In this document: positions 13,245-27,354 of the stretch, piece by piece
Position numbering within the stretch: position 1 is the first letter of the stretch
Layout of the letters: each line of letters starts with the position of its first letter
Source of the DNA: Mobula hypostoma
Lineage: Eukaryota
Direction: 5' to 3'
DNA: 64,000 bases
NCBI RefSeq assembly: GCF_963921235.1
Contig: NC_086097.1
Span: forward strand, 142,044,001-142,108,000
Program-made: the position numbers and the translations under genes
Notes under the pieces: model-generated
Databases searched by the model: none
What the model saw: the letters and a program-made list of their open reading frames with translations, nothing else
What the model was told of the DNA's origin: nothing

Positions 13245-15618
13245 CACCGATTGTCTGTTTATTGATGCCGGAAATTTTAACCACGCGAACCTTAAGTCAA
13301 TGCTCCCCAGATTCCATCAGAACGTGGACTTTGCAACAAGAGGGGAGAACGCATTGGACCTTGTTTACACAAACATTCCCGACGCGTACCGGGCAGAGCC
13401 CCGCCCCCCACCTCGGCTACTCAGACCACATCTCTGTTATGCTAATCCCAGCATACAGACCGCTCGTCAGACGCTCCAGACCAGTTCAGAAGCAGGTGAA
13501 AACCTGGCCAGCAGGGGTCATCTTGCTCTTCAAAACTGCTTTGAGCACACTGACAGACACATGTTCAGGGAGGCTGCAACCGATGGCAACTCTACCAACT
13601 TAGAGGAGTACACGGCATCAGTGACTAGCTTCGATGATGTCACTGTGGCCAAGACCATCACTACACACTCTAACCAGAAGCCATGGATGACTGCGGAGGT
13701 GTGTGCGCTGCTGAGGACCCGTGACTCCGCCTTCAGAGCAGGCGACAAGGCAGCCCTAACAACAGCGAAACTGTCCCAGGCCAAAAGAGAAGCAAAGCGT
13801 GCTCACGCCCAGCGAATCCACAGCCACTTCCAGGACAGCAGCGACACGCAGCGCATGTGGAAGGGCATTCAGGACATCAACTACAAGACAGCACCACCTG
13901 CCTGTGCTGGTGATGCCTCCCTCCCAGATGTGTTGAACAACTTTTATGCTCGTTTTGAGGCGGAAAATGACGTGGCGGTGAGGAAGACCACCCTTCTTCC
14001 AAATGACCAGGTGCTGTGTCTTACCATGGCCGATGCAAGGAGAACCCTGTGCAGGGTCAACCCACAGAAAGCTACTGGACCAGACAATATTCCTGGCAGA
14101 GTGTTTAGAGGATGTGCAGACCAGCTAGCAGAGATTCTCACTGACATCTTCAACATCTTCCTGAGCAGCACCGTTGTTCCTATGTGCTTCAAGGTGGCCA
14201 CCATCGTCCCCGTGCTGAAGAAGTCTTCAGTGTCCTGCCTCAATGACTACCGTCCCGTCGCACTCACATCCATCATCATGAAGTGTTTCGAGAGGCTCGT
14301 CACTGGGCACATCAAGACCCTGTTCCCCCCCCTCACTGGACCCTCTGCAGTTCGCATACCGTCCCAACTGATCAACAGATGACGCCATTGCCATCACCCT
14401 CCACCTGGCCCTAACCCACCTGGACAAAAAAAGACACATACGTTCGAATGCTGTTCATAGACTTCAGTTCAGCATTCAACACAATCATTCCTCAGAAACT
14501 GACTGGAAAGCTGAGCCTACTGGGCTTGAACACCTCCCTCTGCAACTGGATCCTAGACTTCCTGACTGGGAGACCTCAGTCAGTTTGGATCGGGAGCAGC
14601 ATCTCCAACACCATCACACTGAGCACGGGGACCCCTCAGAGCTGTGTGCTCAGTCCACTGCTGTTCACTCTGCTGACCCACGATTGTGCAGCAATACACA
14701 GCTCGAACCACATCATCAAGTTCGCCGATGACACGACTGTGGTGGGTCTCATCAGCAAGAACGATGAATCAGCATACAGAGAGGAGGTGCAGCGGCTAAC
14801 GGACTGGTGCAGAGCCAACAACCTGTCTCTGAATGTGAACAAAACAAAAGAGATGGTTGTTGACTTCAGGAGGACACGGAACGACCACTCTCCACTGTTG
14901 TTGAGATCGTTAAGAGCACCAAATTTCTTGGTGTTCACTGGCAGAGAATCTCACCTGGTCCCTCAACACCAGCTCCATGGCAAAGAAAGCCCAGCAGCGT
15001 CTCTACTTTCTGCGAAGGCTGAGAAAAGTCCATCTCCCAACCCCCATCCTCACCACATTCTACAGCGGTTGTATTGAGAGCATCCTGAGCAGCTGCATCA
15101 CTGCCTGGTTCGGAAACTGCACCATCTCGGATTGCAAGACCCTGCAGCGGATAGTGAGGTCAACTGAGAAGATCACTGGGGTCGCTCTGCCCGCCATTAC
15201 AGATATTTTACACCATACACTGCATCCGTAAAGCAAACAGCATTATGAAGGACCCCATGCACTCCTCATATAAACTCTTCTCCCTCCTGCCATCTGGCAA
15301 AAGGCACCGAAGCATTGGGGCTCTCACGACCAGACTCCTCAATACCCAGAGCTTGGACTGACTCCAACCTACTGCCCTCTACTGTGCCTATTGTCTTGTT
15401 TATTATTTATTATAATGCCTGCACTATTTTGTGCACTTTATGCAGTCCTGGGTAGGTCTGTAGTCTAGTGTAGTTTTTGTGTTGTTTTACATAGTTCAGT
15501 GTAGTTTTTGTATTGTTCATGTAGCACCGTGGTCCTGAAAAACTCTGTCTCGTTTTTACTGTGTACTGTACCAGCAGTTACGGTTGAAATGACAATAAAA
15601 AGTGACTTGACTTGACTT
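13245..15618 (+). mobile_element. 5'-truncated Rex1/Babar-clade LINE, frameshifted APE endonuclease-RT ORF
   Basis: ORFs 13201, 14448 and 14977 carry [36 protein letters not shown] and KFADD. The 3' end has AATAAA plus a (GACTT)n tail. Confidence 0.9.
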
Positions 15619-16657
15619 AAACTGGAAACTCTTCTGACCTAAGGCAATAGCAATATACAAGGAATGTGAATTCAGCTGTAAGTTTATCATTCCAGTTTTT
15701 GTACAGTTACAGGAAATATGTTTGCCCAATTAACAAAAGGAGAAAGGGGACAGAAGAACTCATTTCTCTCTAATGATTCGATCTTGAAGGTCAGGTCAGA
15801 TGTTACACTTTAACACCTTAATGATAAAAGCGAAACAATTAAATTTTTTTCCAGACGTCAATCCATAAATTCAAATTAGACAAGGATGAGATAAGTAGTC
15901 ATTTGGCAGCTTAGTTCTTGATGAAATCATGAATCTTTGAATCACTCAACAGCCCCCATAATCTATAAGATATGACACATTCACAGTATAGAAGACAATG
16001 GGAAACTATGGGGACCAGATGACAATGACGTCAGAGATACCCATCTGAAAGGTGAAGGAATCTGGACAAACAACAGAGAATGTGGTTAGAACGTACAACA
16101 TCCCACACTTTGCAGCTTTATTTCAGAAGTGGGAAATGGAAAACAAAGGTGGATGGGTCAAATAAATTAAGGAACTGCACATTTGTAAGTAAATATGGTG
16201 ATGGGGAATGTATTTAAACATCATAGAAAAAGTTACCACGCTGCGCCATTCCTGATTAGAAAATTATATCTGTTCTCCTAAAGACACCAAGTCTTGCTGA
16301 TCTACAGCTTCATAATCCAGGTCACCTTCCTACATAGTACTCAAGTTGGAATTTTGACCATTGATTAGGAATAACTGTAATCAACTGAATTGTATTTTTA
16401 AAAAATCAATTCTATCCTCATCCAACATCTACAGAGTTCTCAGAGAAAGAAGAGCTGAACTGTGGTGCATGGCTTGGAGAACTGGTCAACAGCTGGAAAG
16501 TGACAAGGAGCAAGAATGGCAAATCCAGAGGGGCTGAGAAACAAAGGTCAATACAAATCAGAAGGACAGAAAACTTTTTTATAGTATTTTTCCCCAAAGT
16601 GGATGCATTCACTTGTTACTTCCTTAGTGACTGATTTGGCCACTGCATCTAACTTAC

Positions 16658-16770
16658 CTTCACATTGCCACCTCCTGGGGTATGGTTTAGGTTGTCCAAG
16701 GACCCAATTTTTGATTCAGCTTTGTTCTTGAAATTGGTCTTGCTGGTCTCAATCTTCACATCCCCACCAC
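16658..16770 (-). CDS. map4: MAP4 last repeat exon ([37 protein letters not shown]), 113 bp, phase 1 to 0
   Basis: Acceptor attttag|GTGGT, donor AAG|gtaagt. Contains KIGSLDN and PGGG; the 113-bp size matches the family. Confidence 0.97.
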
Positions 16771-17959
16771 CTAAAATTATTTGTAAAGTAAGCATACTAT
16801 TTACACAAATTACTTGCTTCCTAATACGATAGCAAATTCAGAACGAATTTTAAAAATAGTTCACTTTATTGTTGTTAGAGGCTTGAATACTCAGGGTATC
16901 AATGCCAAAATTAGTGTTTTGCTGTTGCAGCAGCTCAGTATATTACAAGATGTGGAGAAAAGTGAATGTGTACATAATTTACAAGTGTGCAAAATAAGCA
17001 ACAAATTAAACACAATAGTGCAAGATTGGTACACTAATGTAACACAAGTGAAACAGTCAGAAACTGCATTCAGCCTTAGAAGGATGGATACAGAACCAAC
17101 CTGCAGCTTAAACTTTTAATTTACAAAATGTAGATGCCACTGGCAAGGCTATTGGCTGTCCCTACATCCTAGAGAAGATGGTAATGAATTACTGTACTGA
17201 ACTGTTGCATTCCTTCTATAAAGTATTCCCAAGGCTTTTGGGAAGGAAGCAGTTCTAGGATTCTGACCCACTGATATTTAAAGTATTGGTGATTTACCTC
17301 CAAGTCCAGACGGGGTGTGATTAAAAAAGTTATTTTCCATTGTGTACATTAAGTTGGCGGGAACAGTGAGTGCAGAGGATTTCATATTTTAAAAGAAAAA
17401 GGAAGATAAATGAGTACAGATTAGCATAATTTGTACATCATTCATCTGAATGGAATTTTTTATTTACATAATCTTTGGCTCTTTGTAAAATCAATAACAT
17501 GTGGAGCAACGGCTATCGAAATAACTGTTCACCCATTTTGGGTCTTGCCAAGACTATAGTTAAGCCAAGCTGCATGAAAGACACTACCCAAACATTGATC
17601 AAAGAGCTGAATTCCAAAGGGAAGGTTCAGTTGACTGCCCTCAAAATAACTGCAATACTTACACAAGCATTATATCAAGGAGCCCTCGTAAAATGCGTTA
17701 ATTTGCAAAGAGAAAATATACTAGAATATGGTGTCATTCTTTGCAGACAGGAAGACAGTTACACATCAATCAACTCAGCCTCCTGACCACTGCACGTGCT
17801 TCTCAAGGCAGGGTCTGAGACCCAAACATTTTTATCTGCTTTAAACTACCTTACAGCCTTCATGAAGTCAGAAATTGAATATTTGCTGACGCTTGCATGA
17901 AGTAAAACTCTATTTGCAAATCTCAGTAAATGAAGTTGCCTGAATGCTGCAATGTATTC

Positions 17960-20900
17960 AAGAATTCTGAGTGTCACAGTTCCCTTGGAGACACTGGATT
18001 GCTTTGCAGGAGAGAGATTTTAAAAGAAGCGAGTGGGGGCAGTCAGGACATTCTGTGCACCACAGTTCCCTTGGAGATGTTGAATTATGCCTAATTAGGC
18101 ACTTGGCAAGGGCCAGTAAAAAGAAGTTAGGTTTAAGCAGAGCAGCCATTGTGTGTGACCCAGTGCTCCACTGGAGAGTTCAGTCCATGGCTCATAGAAG
18201 CTCTGGCAGAGCGGTGTAAGCTGTAGGAAGATTTTTTCTTTTAATTTTTTCTTCCTTTTTTTCTTATTGCACAGTTACAGCCAGGCAAGATAGTGGAATA
18301 CTCCTTTTGTGCAATGAGGGAAAGCAGGAGACTTCCTTCAGGAAGTGCATCCAGTTGCAGCTACTTACAGACCATGTTGAGGAATTGGAGCTGTATGAAC
18401 CCCGGGCCATTCTGAAGGTACAGGCGATTCAGGGATGTAGTTACACCCCAGATGCAGGACACAGGTAACTGGGTGATCATCAGGAAGGGGAAGGGGATAG
18501 GCAGTCAGTGCAGAGTACTCCTGTGGCCAAGCCCCTCAACAGCAGGTATGCTGCTTTGGATAGTGATGGAGGAATGTCCTAGGGAAGGAAAGCCACAGCA
18601 GTCAGGTCTCTGGCACTGAGCTTGGCCGTGTAGCTTAGAAAGGAAGGGGCGAGAAGAGGCGAATTATAGTGATAGGGGATTCAAAGGTTAGGGGAAAAGA
18701 CAGGAAGTTCTGTGGACAAAAACAAGATTCCTGGATCGTACGTTGCCTCCCAGGTGCCAAGGTCAGGGACATCTTGGATCAAGTGGGAGAGTGCGCAGCC
18801 GGAGGCTGTAGTACACATCAGTACCAACGACGTGTAGGAAGGTTGACAAGGTATTGCACACTGAGTTCAGGAAGCTAGGTACTAAGTTAAAGGACAGAAC
18901 CTCCAGGGCTGTGATCTCAGGACTGTCACCTATGCCATGTGCTAGTGAGGCCAGAAATATGAAGATCACGCAACTTAACACATGACTAAGGAGATGGTGC
19001 AGGAGGGAGGACTTGAGATTTTTTGATTATTTAGCTCTCTTCCAGGAAGGGCAGAGGAACTAATATCTTTGCAGGAAGGTTTGCTAATGTTGCACAGGGG
19101 CAGTTTAAACTACAGATGCGTGGGTTGAAACCAGAGCACCAGAGCAGACAGTGGAGTGGTTGTGGGGAAAGATGTTGGTAAGCCTAGATACAAAGTTAGG
19201 AATCAAAAGGTTGAGCATGATGGGACTAATGTTCTGAATTGTGTATATTTCAACGCAAGGAGTATTGTAGGAAAGGCAGATGAGTTTATGACAGGGATCA
19301 GCACATGGAATTATGACATTGTAGCCAATAGTGAGATGGCTGCAGGAGGGGCAGCACGAGCAGCTCAATGATTCGAGGTTCTGCTATTTTGGACAAGATT
19401 GAGTGGGAGGGGTGGCATTACTATTGAGGAAAAGTGTCACAGCAGAGCTCAGACAGGATAGACTGGAAAGCTCATCTGGTAAGGCTTCATGGGTAGAACT
19501 AAGGTATAAGAAATATATGACGACGTTAATGGGATAATACAATAGACCACCCAACAGTCCACGGGAGTCAGAGGAGCAAATTTGTAGAGGTATCGCAGAC
19601 TGTTACAAGAAACATAAGGTTGTGATAGTAGGTGATTTTAACTTTCACATATTGACTAGGACTCCAATACGGTAAAAGGGCTGAATAGGAAAGAATTTGC
19701 CAAATGTGTTCTGAAAATTTTCCTTAATCAGTACATAGAAGTCCCAACTAGAGAGAGTGATACTAGATCTCCCATAAGGGAACAAGACAGGGCAGGTGAT
19801 AGAAGTTTGTGTCGGAGAACACTTTGCATCCAGGGATCATAATGCTATTAGTTTAAAGGTAATTATGGAAAAGGATGGGTCTGGTTCCTCCAGTTGAGAT
19901 TCTAAATTGGAGAAAGGCCAGTGTTGATGGTATCAGAAAGGACGCGGCAAGTATGGATTTTCTGGCAAAGGTGTAAGTGGGAGGGCTTCAAAAATGAAAT
20001 TTTGAGAGTACACAGTTTGTATGTTTCTGTCAGAACAAAATGCAAGGATAACAGGTTTCGAGAACCTTGGTTTTCGAAAGATGTTGAGGCCCTGGTTAAG
20101 AAGGAGTGCATAGCAGCTATAGGCAAGAAGGAACAAATCAGGTGTGAGAGGAGTATGCAAAGTAAAGGAGAACCCCCAATGACTTCTACAGCGATATTAA
20201 GAACAAAAGGGTTGCAACGAACAAAGTTGGTCCTCTGGAAGATCAGTATAGTCATCCATGCATGGAGCCAAAAGAGATGGGGTAGATTTTAAATAGATTT
20301 TTTTCCATGTATATTTACTTAAGAGACACTCAGAGTCTACAGAAGTGAGGCAATGTAGCTGTAAGGTAATGAACCTTATACAGATTACAGAGGAGGTGGT
20401 GCTAGCTGTTTTGAGACAAGTTTGGGTAGGTATATCCCCAGGGCCTGACAAGGTGTTCTCTCAGACCTTGTGGGAGACTAATGCAGCAATTTTGGGACTC
20501 AAGCAGAGATATTTGAAACGTCTTAGCCATGGATGAGGTGCTGCAGGATTTGAGGACAACTAATGTTGTTCTGTTGTTTAAGTAAGACTCTTAGAAAAGG
20601 CCAGGAAATTATAGGCCAGTGAGCCAGACATCAGTAGCAGTTAAGGTATTGGAAAGTATTCTAAGGGACCATGTATACAAGTAATTGGATGGACAGGCAC
20701 TGATTAGGGATTGTCAACAAGGCTTTCTGTGTGCTAGGTCGTGTCCAATCAATCTTATAGAACTTTTTGAAGAAGTTACCAAGAAAGTTATTGAAAGTGA
20801 GGCAGTGGAGGTTGTCTAAATGGACTTTAGCAAGACCTTTGTCAAGGTCCTGCATGGGCAGCTGGTCAAGAAGATTTAGTCACACAGCACTGAAGATAAG

Positions 20901-21955
20901 GTAGTAAATTAGATTAGTCGTTGGCTTTGTGGGAGAAGCCAGAGTGGTAGTAGATGCTTGCCTTTATGACCAGAAGCCTGTGAATGGTGGTGTGCCACAG
21001 GAATTGGTGTTGGGTCCGTTATTTGTCATCTTTATCAATGATCTTGATGATGATATAGTAAACTGGATCAGCAAATATGCAGACTGGGGGTGCAGTGGAT
21101 AGCAAGGAAGACTATCAAAACTTGCTGCAGGATCTGGACCAGCTGGAAAATAACAGACAGAATTTAATGCAGACAAGTGTGAGGTATTGCACTTTGGGAG
21201 GATAAACCAGGCTAGGACTTGCGTGGTGAATGATAGGGCACTGAGCAGTGTGGTAGAACAGAGGGATCTGGGAATACAGATCCATAAATCCTTAAAAGTA
21301 GTGTCACAACTGGAAAGGGTCGTAAAGAAAGCTTCTGTAGATCAGCCTTCATAAATTTAAGTGGTTAAATACAGGAGTTGGGATGTTATGTTTAAGTCAT
21401 ATAAGACTTGGTGAGGCCTAATTTGGAGTATTATGCAGTTTTGGTCTCCTAGCTATAGGAAAGATGCAAGTAAGAGTGAAAGAGTGAAGAGAAAATTTAC
21501 AAGGATGCTGCCAGGACTTGAGGGCCTAAGTTTAGGGAAAAGTTGAATAGGTTAGGATTTTATTCTATAGAGCTCAGGTAAATGAGGGCAGATTTGATAG
21601 AGGTATGTAAAATTATGAGGGGTATAGATGGGGTAAATGCAGGTAGATTTTTTCCATTGTGGTTGTGTGAGATTAGAATTATAAGTCATGGGTTTAGGGT
21701 GAACAGTGAAATGTTTAAGGGGAACTTGTTCACTCAAGAGGGTGGTGGAAGTGTAGAACAAGCTGCCAACGGAAGTGGTGGATGTAGGTTTGATTTTAAC
21801 ATTCCAGAGAAATTTGGGTAAGTACCATGGATGGGAAGGGTATGGAGGGCTATGCTCCGGGTGCAGGACAATGGGACTAGGCTGATTAATGGTTCGACAT
21901 TAACTAGCTGGGTCAAAGGGCTTATTTTTGTACTGTAGTATACAACAACTCTATG
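17960..21955 (+). mobile_element. Near full-length, degraded CR1 LINE (5' UTR, esterase-type ORF1, EN-RT ORF2)
   Basis: ORF1 remnant IGDS.VRG.DR.FCG...CLPGAKVRDI; ORF2 start CVYFNARSIVGKADE; C-terminal MRADLIEVCKIMRGID. Many stops and frameshifts. Confidence 0.9.
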
Positions 21956-21959
21956 AATG

Positions 21960-22560
21960 GACCAATAATGGGCAGCTGACGGTCACATCTCAAGAATGCC
22001 AGGCAACAACCATCTCCAATGATCGAGAACTTACCCATCATCTACCCCTGACATCAGTGTCTATTGTGTCCCATGTGTCAATAATAAGGGGTCACAATTG
22101 AACAAAATCTCAAAACTGTGCCTTAAGAACACATCTGAAACTAGGTTTCCTTGGGTGAATGGCTCCAAGCCTCATTAGTCAGGAGCATTATGAAATACTT
22201 GCCGCAACGATCTCAACATTCAAGAAGCTAAGAGTCACCTCGGACCCTCTGTAACGGGTACCATCTAAATACTGCAATGCAGATACTTGCTTTAGCTGCT
22301 CAGACAGCACTCCTCAAACCCACATTCTCCATCATGGGCAACAGGCTCAAAGGACACCGCCATCTGCTGGCTCCACTACAAGCTGCACTGTGTCACCTGG
22401 AAATGCCAAGAAGTCCAACCTTGTTGCTGGGTCTGAAAATTGCTACCTGGTTGTACCTTAATCAAAAGAATTACAGCAATTCAAAGAGGTGGCTCCTCAT
22501 CATCTTTTCAAGAGCTATCAGGTATGGGTGAAAATACCGAGCACTACCAGTGGCACTTAG
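21960..22560 (+). mobile_element. Ancient LINE (CR1/L2-like) 3' fragment
   Basis: Highly degenerate sequence resembling an RT C-terminus; a related tail occurs at ~27270-27330. Confidence 0.4.
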
Positions 22561-23149
22561 ACTAAAAGCAAAGCAACCATTATCTGCAACATCACATAGT
22601 AACAAAACCATGAGTTTTCTGTTTTATTGCTACTGGTTGAGGAAGGTACATTGGCCAGGACATCAAAATAAGGTGATATGGTACCATAATTCTCAGGAAA
22701 TGCACTTCAGTTAATATTCACATTCTTCATGTCTCAAAACTTGGAATAGATGTGAACCCACAATTTGCATCCAAGATGCCAACTAATGATGCAGATAAAT
22801 AATTAATTGTTCACAAAATATAAGCAATTCCAATTTTCTATTGCGTTCTCGTTTTTTTTTTGCCAACCATTACAGGAATGAGCTGGTACACCTATTATTC
22901 TTAGTTACAATGGACCAGGGATCACAGAAGAGAGGTAATTAGGAATTCTGTGCCTGGGAGCTAATCAACATGCAAGCAAGTGGGCATGAATATCATAATG
23001 TATTATATACCACAGACAAATATCAGGCTGATGTTGGTCTCACTTGCCATGAGACACTGGAAGACCCTGATGAAGCAGAACAAAATTGTAAACTCAAGGA
23101 AACAGACATTAAGCATGGGCCATTTATTTCAGTGGCTCAGGTATATGTT

Positions 23150-25200
23150 AAGACCACAAGACATTGGAGCAGAATTAGGCCATTTGGCCCATCGAGTCTG
23201 CTCCACCATTTCATCATAGCTGATCCATTTTTCCCTCTCAGCCCCAGTCTCCTGCCTTCTCCTCATATCCCTTCATGCCCTGACCACTCAAGAATCTATC
23301 AACCTCTGCCTTAAATATACATACAGATATGGCCTCCACAGCTGCCTGTAGCAACAAATTCCACAGATTCACCACTCTTGCTAAAGAAATTTCTCATCTC
23401 CATTCTAAAAAGACGTCCTTCTTTTCTGAGGCTGTATCCTCTGGTCTTGGACTCTCCCACCATAGGAAATATCCTCTCCACATCCATTTTATCAAAGCCA
23501 TTCACCATGTTTCAATGAGGTCACACCTCATTCTTATGAATTCCAGTGAATACAAGTCCAGAGCCATCAAATGCTCTTCACATGACAAGCCATTCAAACC
23601 CAGAATCATTTTTATGAACCTCATTTGAACCCTCTCCAATTTCAGCCTTTCTAAGATCAAAACTGCTCACAATATTACAAGCAAGGCCTCACCAGTGCTT
23701 TATAAAGTCTCAACATTATATCCTTGCTTTTATATTTTAGTTCTCTTGAAATGAATGCTAACATTGCATTTACTTCCATCATCAAAGACTCAACCTGCAA
23801 ATAAACCTGTAGAGAATCCTGCACAAGAACTCCCAAGTACCTTTGCACTTCAGATTTTTTATTTTCTCTCCAATTAGGAAATAGTCAACCCTTTCATTTC
23901 TTCTAAGTGCATGACCATATACTTCCCGACACTGTATTCCACCTGCCACTTTTTTTTCGCCCTTTCTCCTAATCTGTCTAAGGCCTTCTGTAGCCTCTCT
24001 ACTTCCTAAAAACTACAGGCCCCTCCACAGATCTTCATATTGTCTGCAAACTTTGCAACAAAGCCATTAATTCCGTTGTCCAAATCAGTGACATATAAGG
24101 TAGAAAGAATTGGACCCAACACAGACACCTGTGAAACACCAGTAGTCACTGGCAGCCAACTAAAAAAGGCTCCCTTTATTCCCACTCTTTGCATCCTGCC
24201 AATCAGCCACTGGTTTATCCATGCTAGAATCTTTCCCATAATACCATGAGCTCGTACCTTGTCATGAAGCCTCATGTGTGGCATCTTGTGAAAGGCCTTC
24301 TGAAAATTCAAATACACAACATAAACTGATTCTCCTTTGTCTATCCTGCTTGTTATTTCTTCCAAAAATACTAACAGATTTTTCAGGAAAGGTTTTCCCC
24401 TGTGGAAACCATGCTGACTAGGGTCTATTTTATCATGTACCTCCAAGTACCCCGAAATCACATCCTTAACAATCGACTCCAACATCTTCCCAACCACTGA
24501 GGTCAGACTAACCGGCCTATGGGTTTTCTTTCTTCTGCCTCTCTCCCTTCTTGAAGAGTGGAGTGACATTTGCAATTTTCCAGTCTTCCAGAACCATTCC
24601 AGAATCTAGTGAATCTTGAAGCATCATTACTAATGCCTCCATAATCTCTTCAGCCACCTCTTTCAGAACCCTGGGGTGCACACCATCTGGTCCAGGTAAC
24701 TTTTCTACCTTCACACCATTCAGTTTCCCAAGGACCTTCTCCCTAGTAATCATAACTTCACACACTTCATGTGCCTGACACCTGGAACTTCCACCATACT
24801 GCTTATGTCTTCCACAGTGAAGACTGATGCAAGATACTTATTCATTTCATCCACCATTTCCTTGTCCCCCATTACTACCTCTCCAGCATCATTTTCCAGC
24901 AGTCTGATATCCACTCTCACCTTTTACACTTCATATATCTCAAGAAATTTTTGGTATCCTCTTCAATATTACTGGCTAGCTTACTTTTGTACTCCATCTT
25001 TTCCTTCTCAATGAGTTTAAGTGTCTTCTGTTGGTACTTAAAAGCTTCTTAATCCCTTAACTTCTCACTAATTTTTCCTCTATTATATGCCCTCTCTTTG
25101 GCTTTTATATTGGCTTTGACTTCTCTTGGTAGCCACGGTTGTGTCATCTTTCCTTCAGAATAGTTCTTCCTCCTTGGGATGTAAAAACCCTGTGCCTGTT
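23150..25200 (-). mobile_element. CR1 LINE, 5'-truncated
   Basis: ORFs 24517, 24006 and 23311 carry PGPDGVHPRVLKE, RPVSLTSVVGK and KFADN. The 3' end is at ~23150. Confidence 0.92.
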
Positions 25201-25426
25201 AAAGATCCTACAGCTTTTCAAAGATGACCAGAGAGTTCACTGCTTTGACCAGCATTTCTTCCACAGCTGTGCTCACAACAGCATATCAAAAAAACTCATT
25301 ATCACACTACAATGTAATTTTCTTACGATTTATAAGAAAATAATATTATTTTCTTATGACTAAAGCTAACACAAGCTTTAATTTTCAACATTTAAGTTTA
25401 GGTTATTTTGAATTTACCAGTAGTAC

Positions 25427-25508
25427 CTGCTTTATGTTTCAGATTGGTCTTGGATCCACACTTTGATGAGACACGGCTCACATCAACTTTTGCTTTTGGA
25501 ATTTGTAC
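25427..25508 (-). CDS. map4: MAP4 repeat exon (VQIPKAKVDVSRVSSKCGSKTNLKHKA-G), 82 bp, phase 0 to 1
   Basis: Acceptor ttgcag|GTA, donor CAG|gtacta. The 82-bp size matches the homologous tau/MAP exon. An alternative in-frame donor lies 9 nt further on. Confidence 0.93.
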
Positions 25509-25574
25509 CTGCAATTTTAAAAGTTGAAAAAAAAGATTTCATTGTTTCAGTACCTTTAAGGTAAAGAAGAAATA

Positions 25575-26715
25575 AGAAACATAGAAACATAGAAAACCTA
25601 CAACACAAAACAGGCCCTTTGGCCCACAATGTTGTGCTGAACATGTACTTACTTTAGAAATTACCTAGGGTTACCCATAGCCCTCCATTTTTCTAAGCTC
25701 CATGTACCTATCCAGGAGTCTCTTAAAAGATCCTATCGTATTCGCCTCCACCACCGTCGCCAGCAGCCCATTCCACACACTCACCACTCTCTGCGTAAAA
25801 AACTTAGCCCTGAAATCTCCTCTGTACCTACTTCCGAGCACCTTAAAACTGTGCCCTCTCGTGATAACCATTTCAGCCCTGGGAAAAAGCCTCTGACTAT
25901 CCACACGATCAATGCCTCTCATCATCTTACACACCTCTATCAGGTCACCTCTCATCCTCCGTCGCTCCAAGGAGAAAAGGCCAAGTTCACTCAACCTATT
26001 CTCGTAAGGCATGCTCCCCAATCCAGGCAACATCCTTGTAAATCTCCTCTGTACCCTTTCTATAGTTTCCACATCCTTCCACTAGTGAGGTGACCAGAAC
26101 TGAGCACAGTACTGCAAGTGGGGTCTGACCAGGGTCCTTTACAACTGTAACCTTATCTCTCAGCTCTTAAACTCAATCCCACGATTGATGAAGGCCATTG
26201 CACCATATGCCGCCTTAACCACAGAGTTAACCTGCGCAGCAGCTTTGAGTGTCCTATGGCCTCGGACCCCAAGATCCCTCTGATTCTCTACACTGCCAAG
26301 AGTCTTATCCTTAATACTACATTCTGCCATATTTGACCTACCAAAATGAACCACCTCACACTTATCTGGGTTGAACTCCACCTGCCACTTCTCAGCCCGG
26401 TTTTGCATCCTATCAATGTCTTGCTGTAACCTCTGACAGCCCTCCACACTATCCTCAACACCCCCAACCTTTGTGTCATCAGCAAATTTACTAACCCATC
26501 CCTCCACTTCCTCATCCAGGTCATTTATAAAAATCACGAAGAGAAGGGGTCCCAGAGCAGATCCCTGAGGCACACCGACCTCCATGCAGAATATGACTGT
26601 CTACAACCACTCTTTGCCTTCTGTGGGCAAGCCAGTTCTGGATCCACAAAGCAAGGTCCCCTTGGATCCCATGCCTCCCTACTTTCTTAATAAGCTTCGC
26701 ATGGGGTACCTTGCA
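25575..26715 (-). mobile_element. Relatively young CR1 3' fragment, starting ~70 bp from a map4 splice acceptor
   Basis: ORFs 26160 and 25671 carry GVPQGSALGPLLF and KFADD. (TTTCTATG)n tail at 25576-25595. Confidence 0.93.
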
Positions 26716-27354
26716 AACGTATCCACAACACGCGCTTTATTAAGGTATACGAAATATTATATTGCTTAAAATGAAAATCCAGATTTCTAATTAGACCAGT
26801 TAATTAGGTTTAAGAGGCCCATGTACGATGAGACCCATGAGGAGCATAGATGTTATATATTATATACATACTCACATAATTGTAAGTTATTCAAAACTTA
26901 ATAAAGAGAAGATAAAGGATCAAGGATTAAGTTTATTCATCATATACTTTTATATGTATTTGGAATTTGCTGTGATGTGTTGGCGTGACATGCAACAAAA
27001 ACATTCCACAAGTCTAAAGAATAAAGAAATATATAAAAGTAAGTTAGAGGTTAAAGTGCGGATATGCAGTAAGTATAACAGACTGACATTCATTAACAAG
27101 CACAATAGTCTAGTGATGATGTTACTGGACCAATGGCCTATTAAGGCTTGATTTAAATTTCACCATTTGGAACAGAATCAGACCAATGCAGTTGACTGAA
27201 TTACTCCCTGGGCAAGTATACTATTTAGTTGCATCAGACAGGAAAAATGTCAAGTGCCATGTCAAGAAAACTAGGGACAGGCAATAAATGTGGAACTTGC
27301 CTCAGGAACACACCCCGAGAATGAATAAGAGCGAGGGATGGGCGAAGTGTTAAG

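Noticed and set aside
16418..16612. Minus-strand ORF and acceptor-like tttctcag just after the last repeat exon
   Set aside because: The in-phase product (PLWICHSCSLSLSSC*) has no family similarity.
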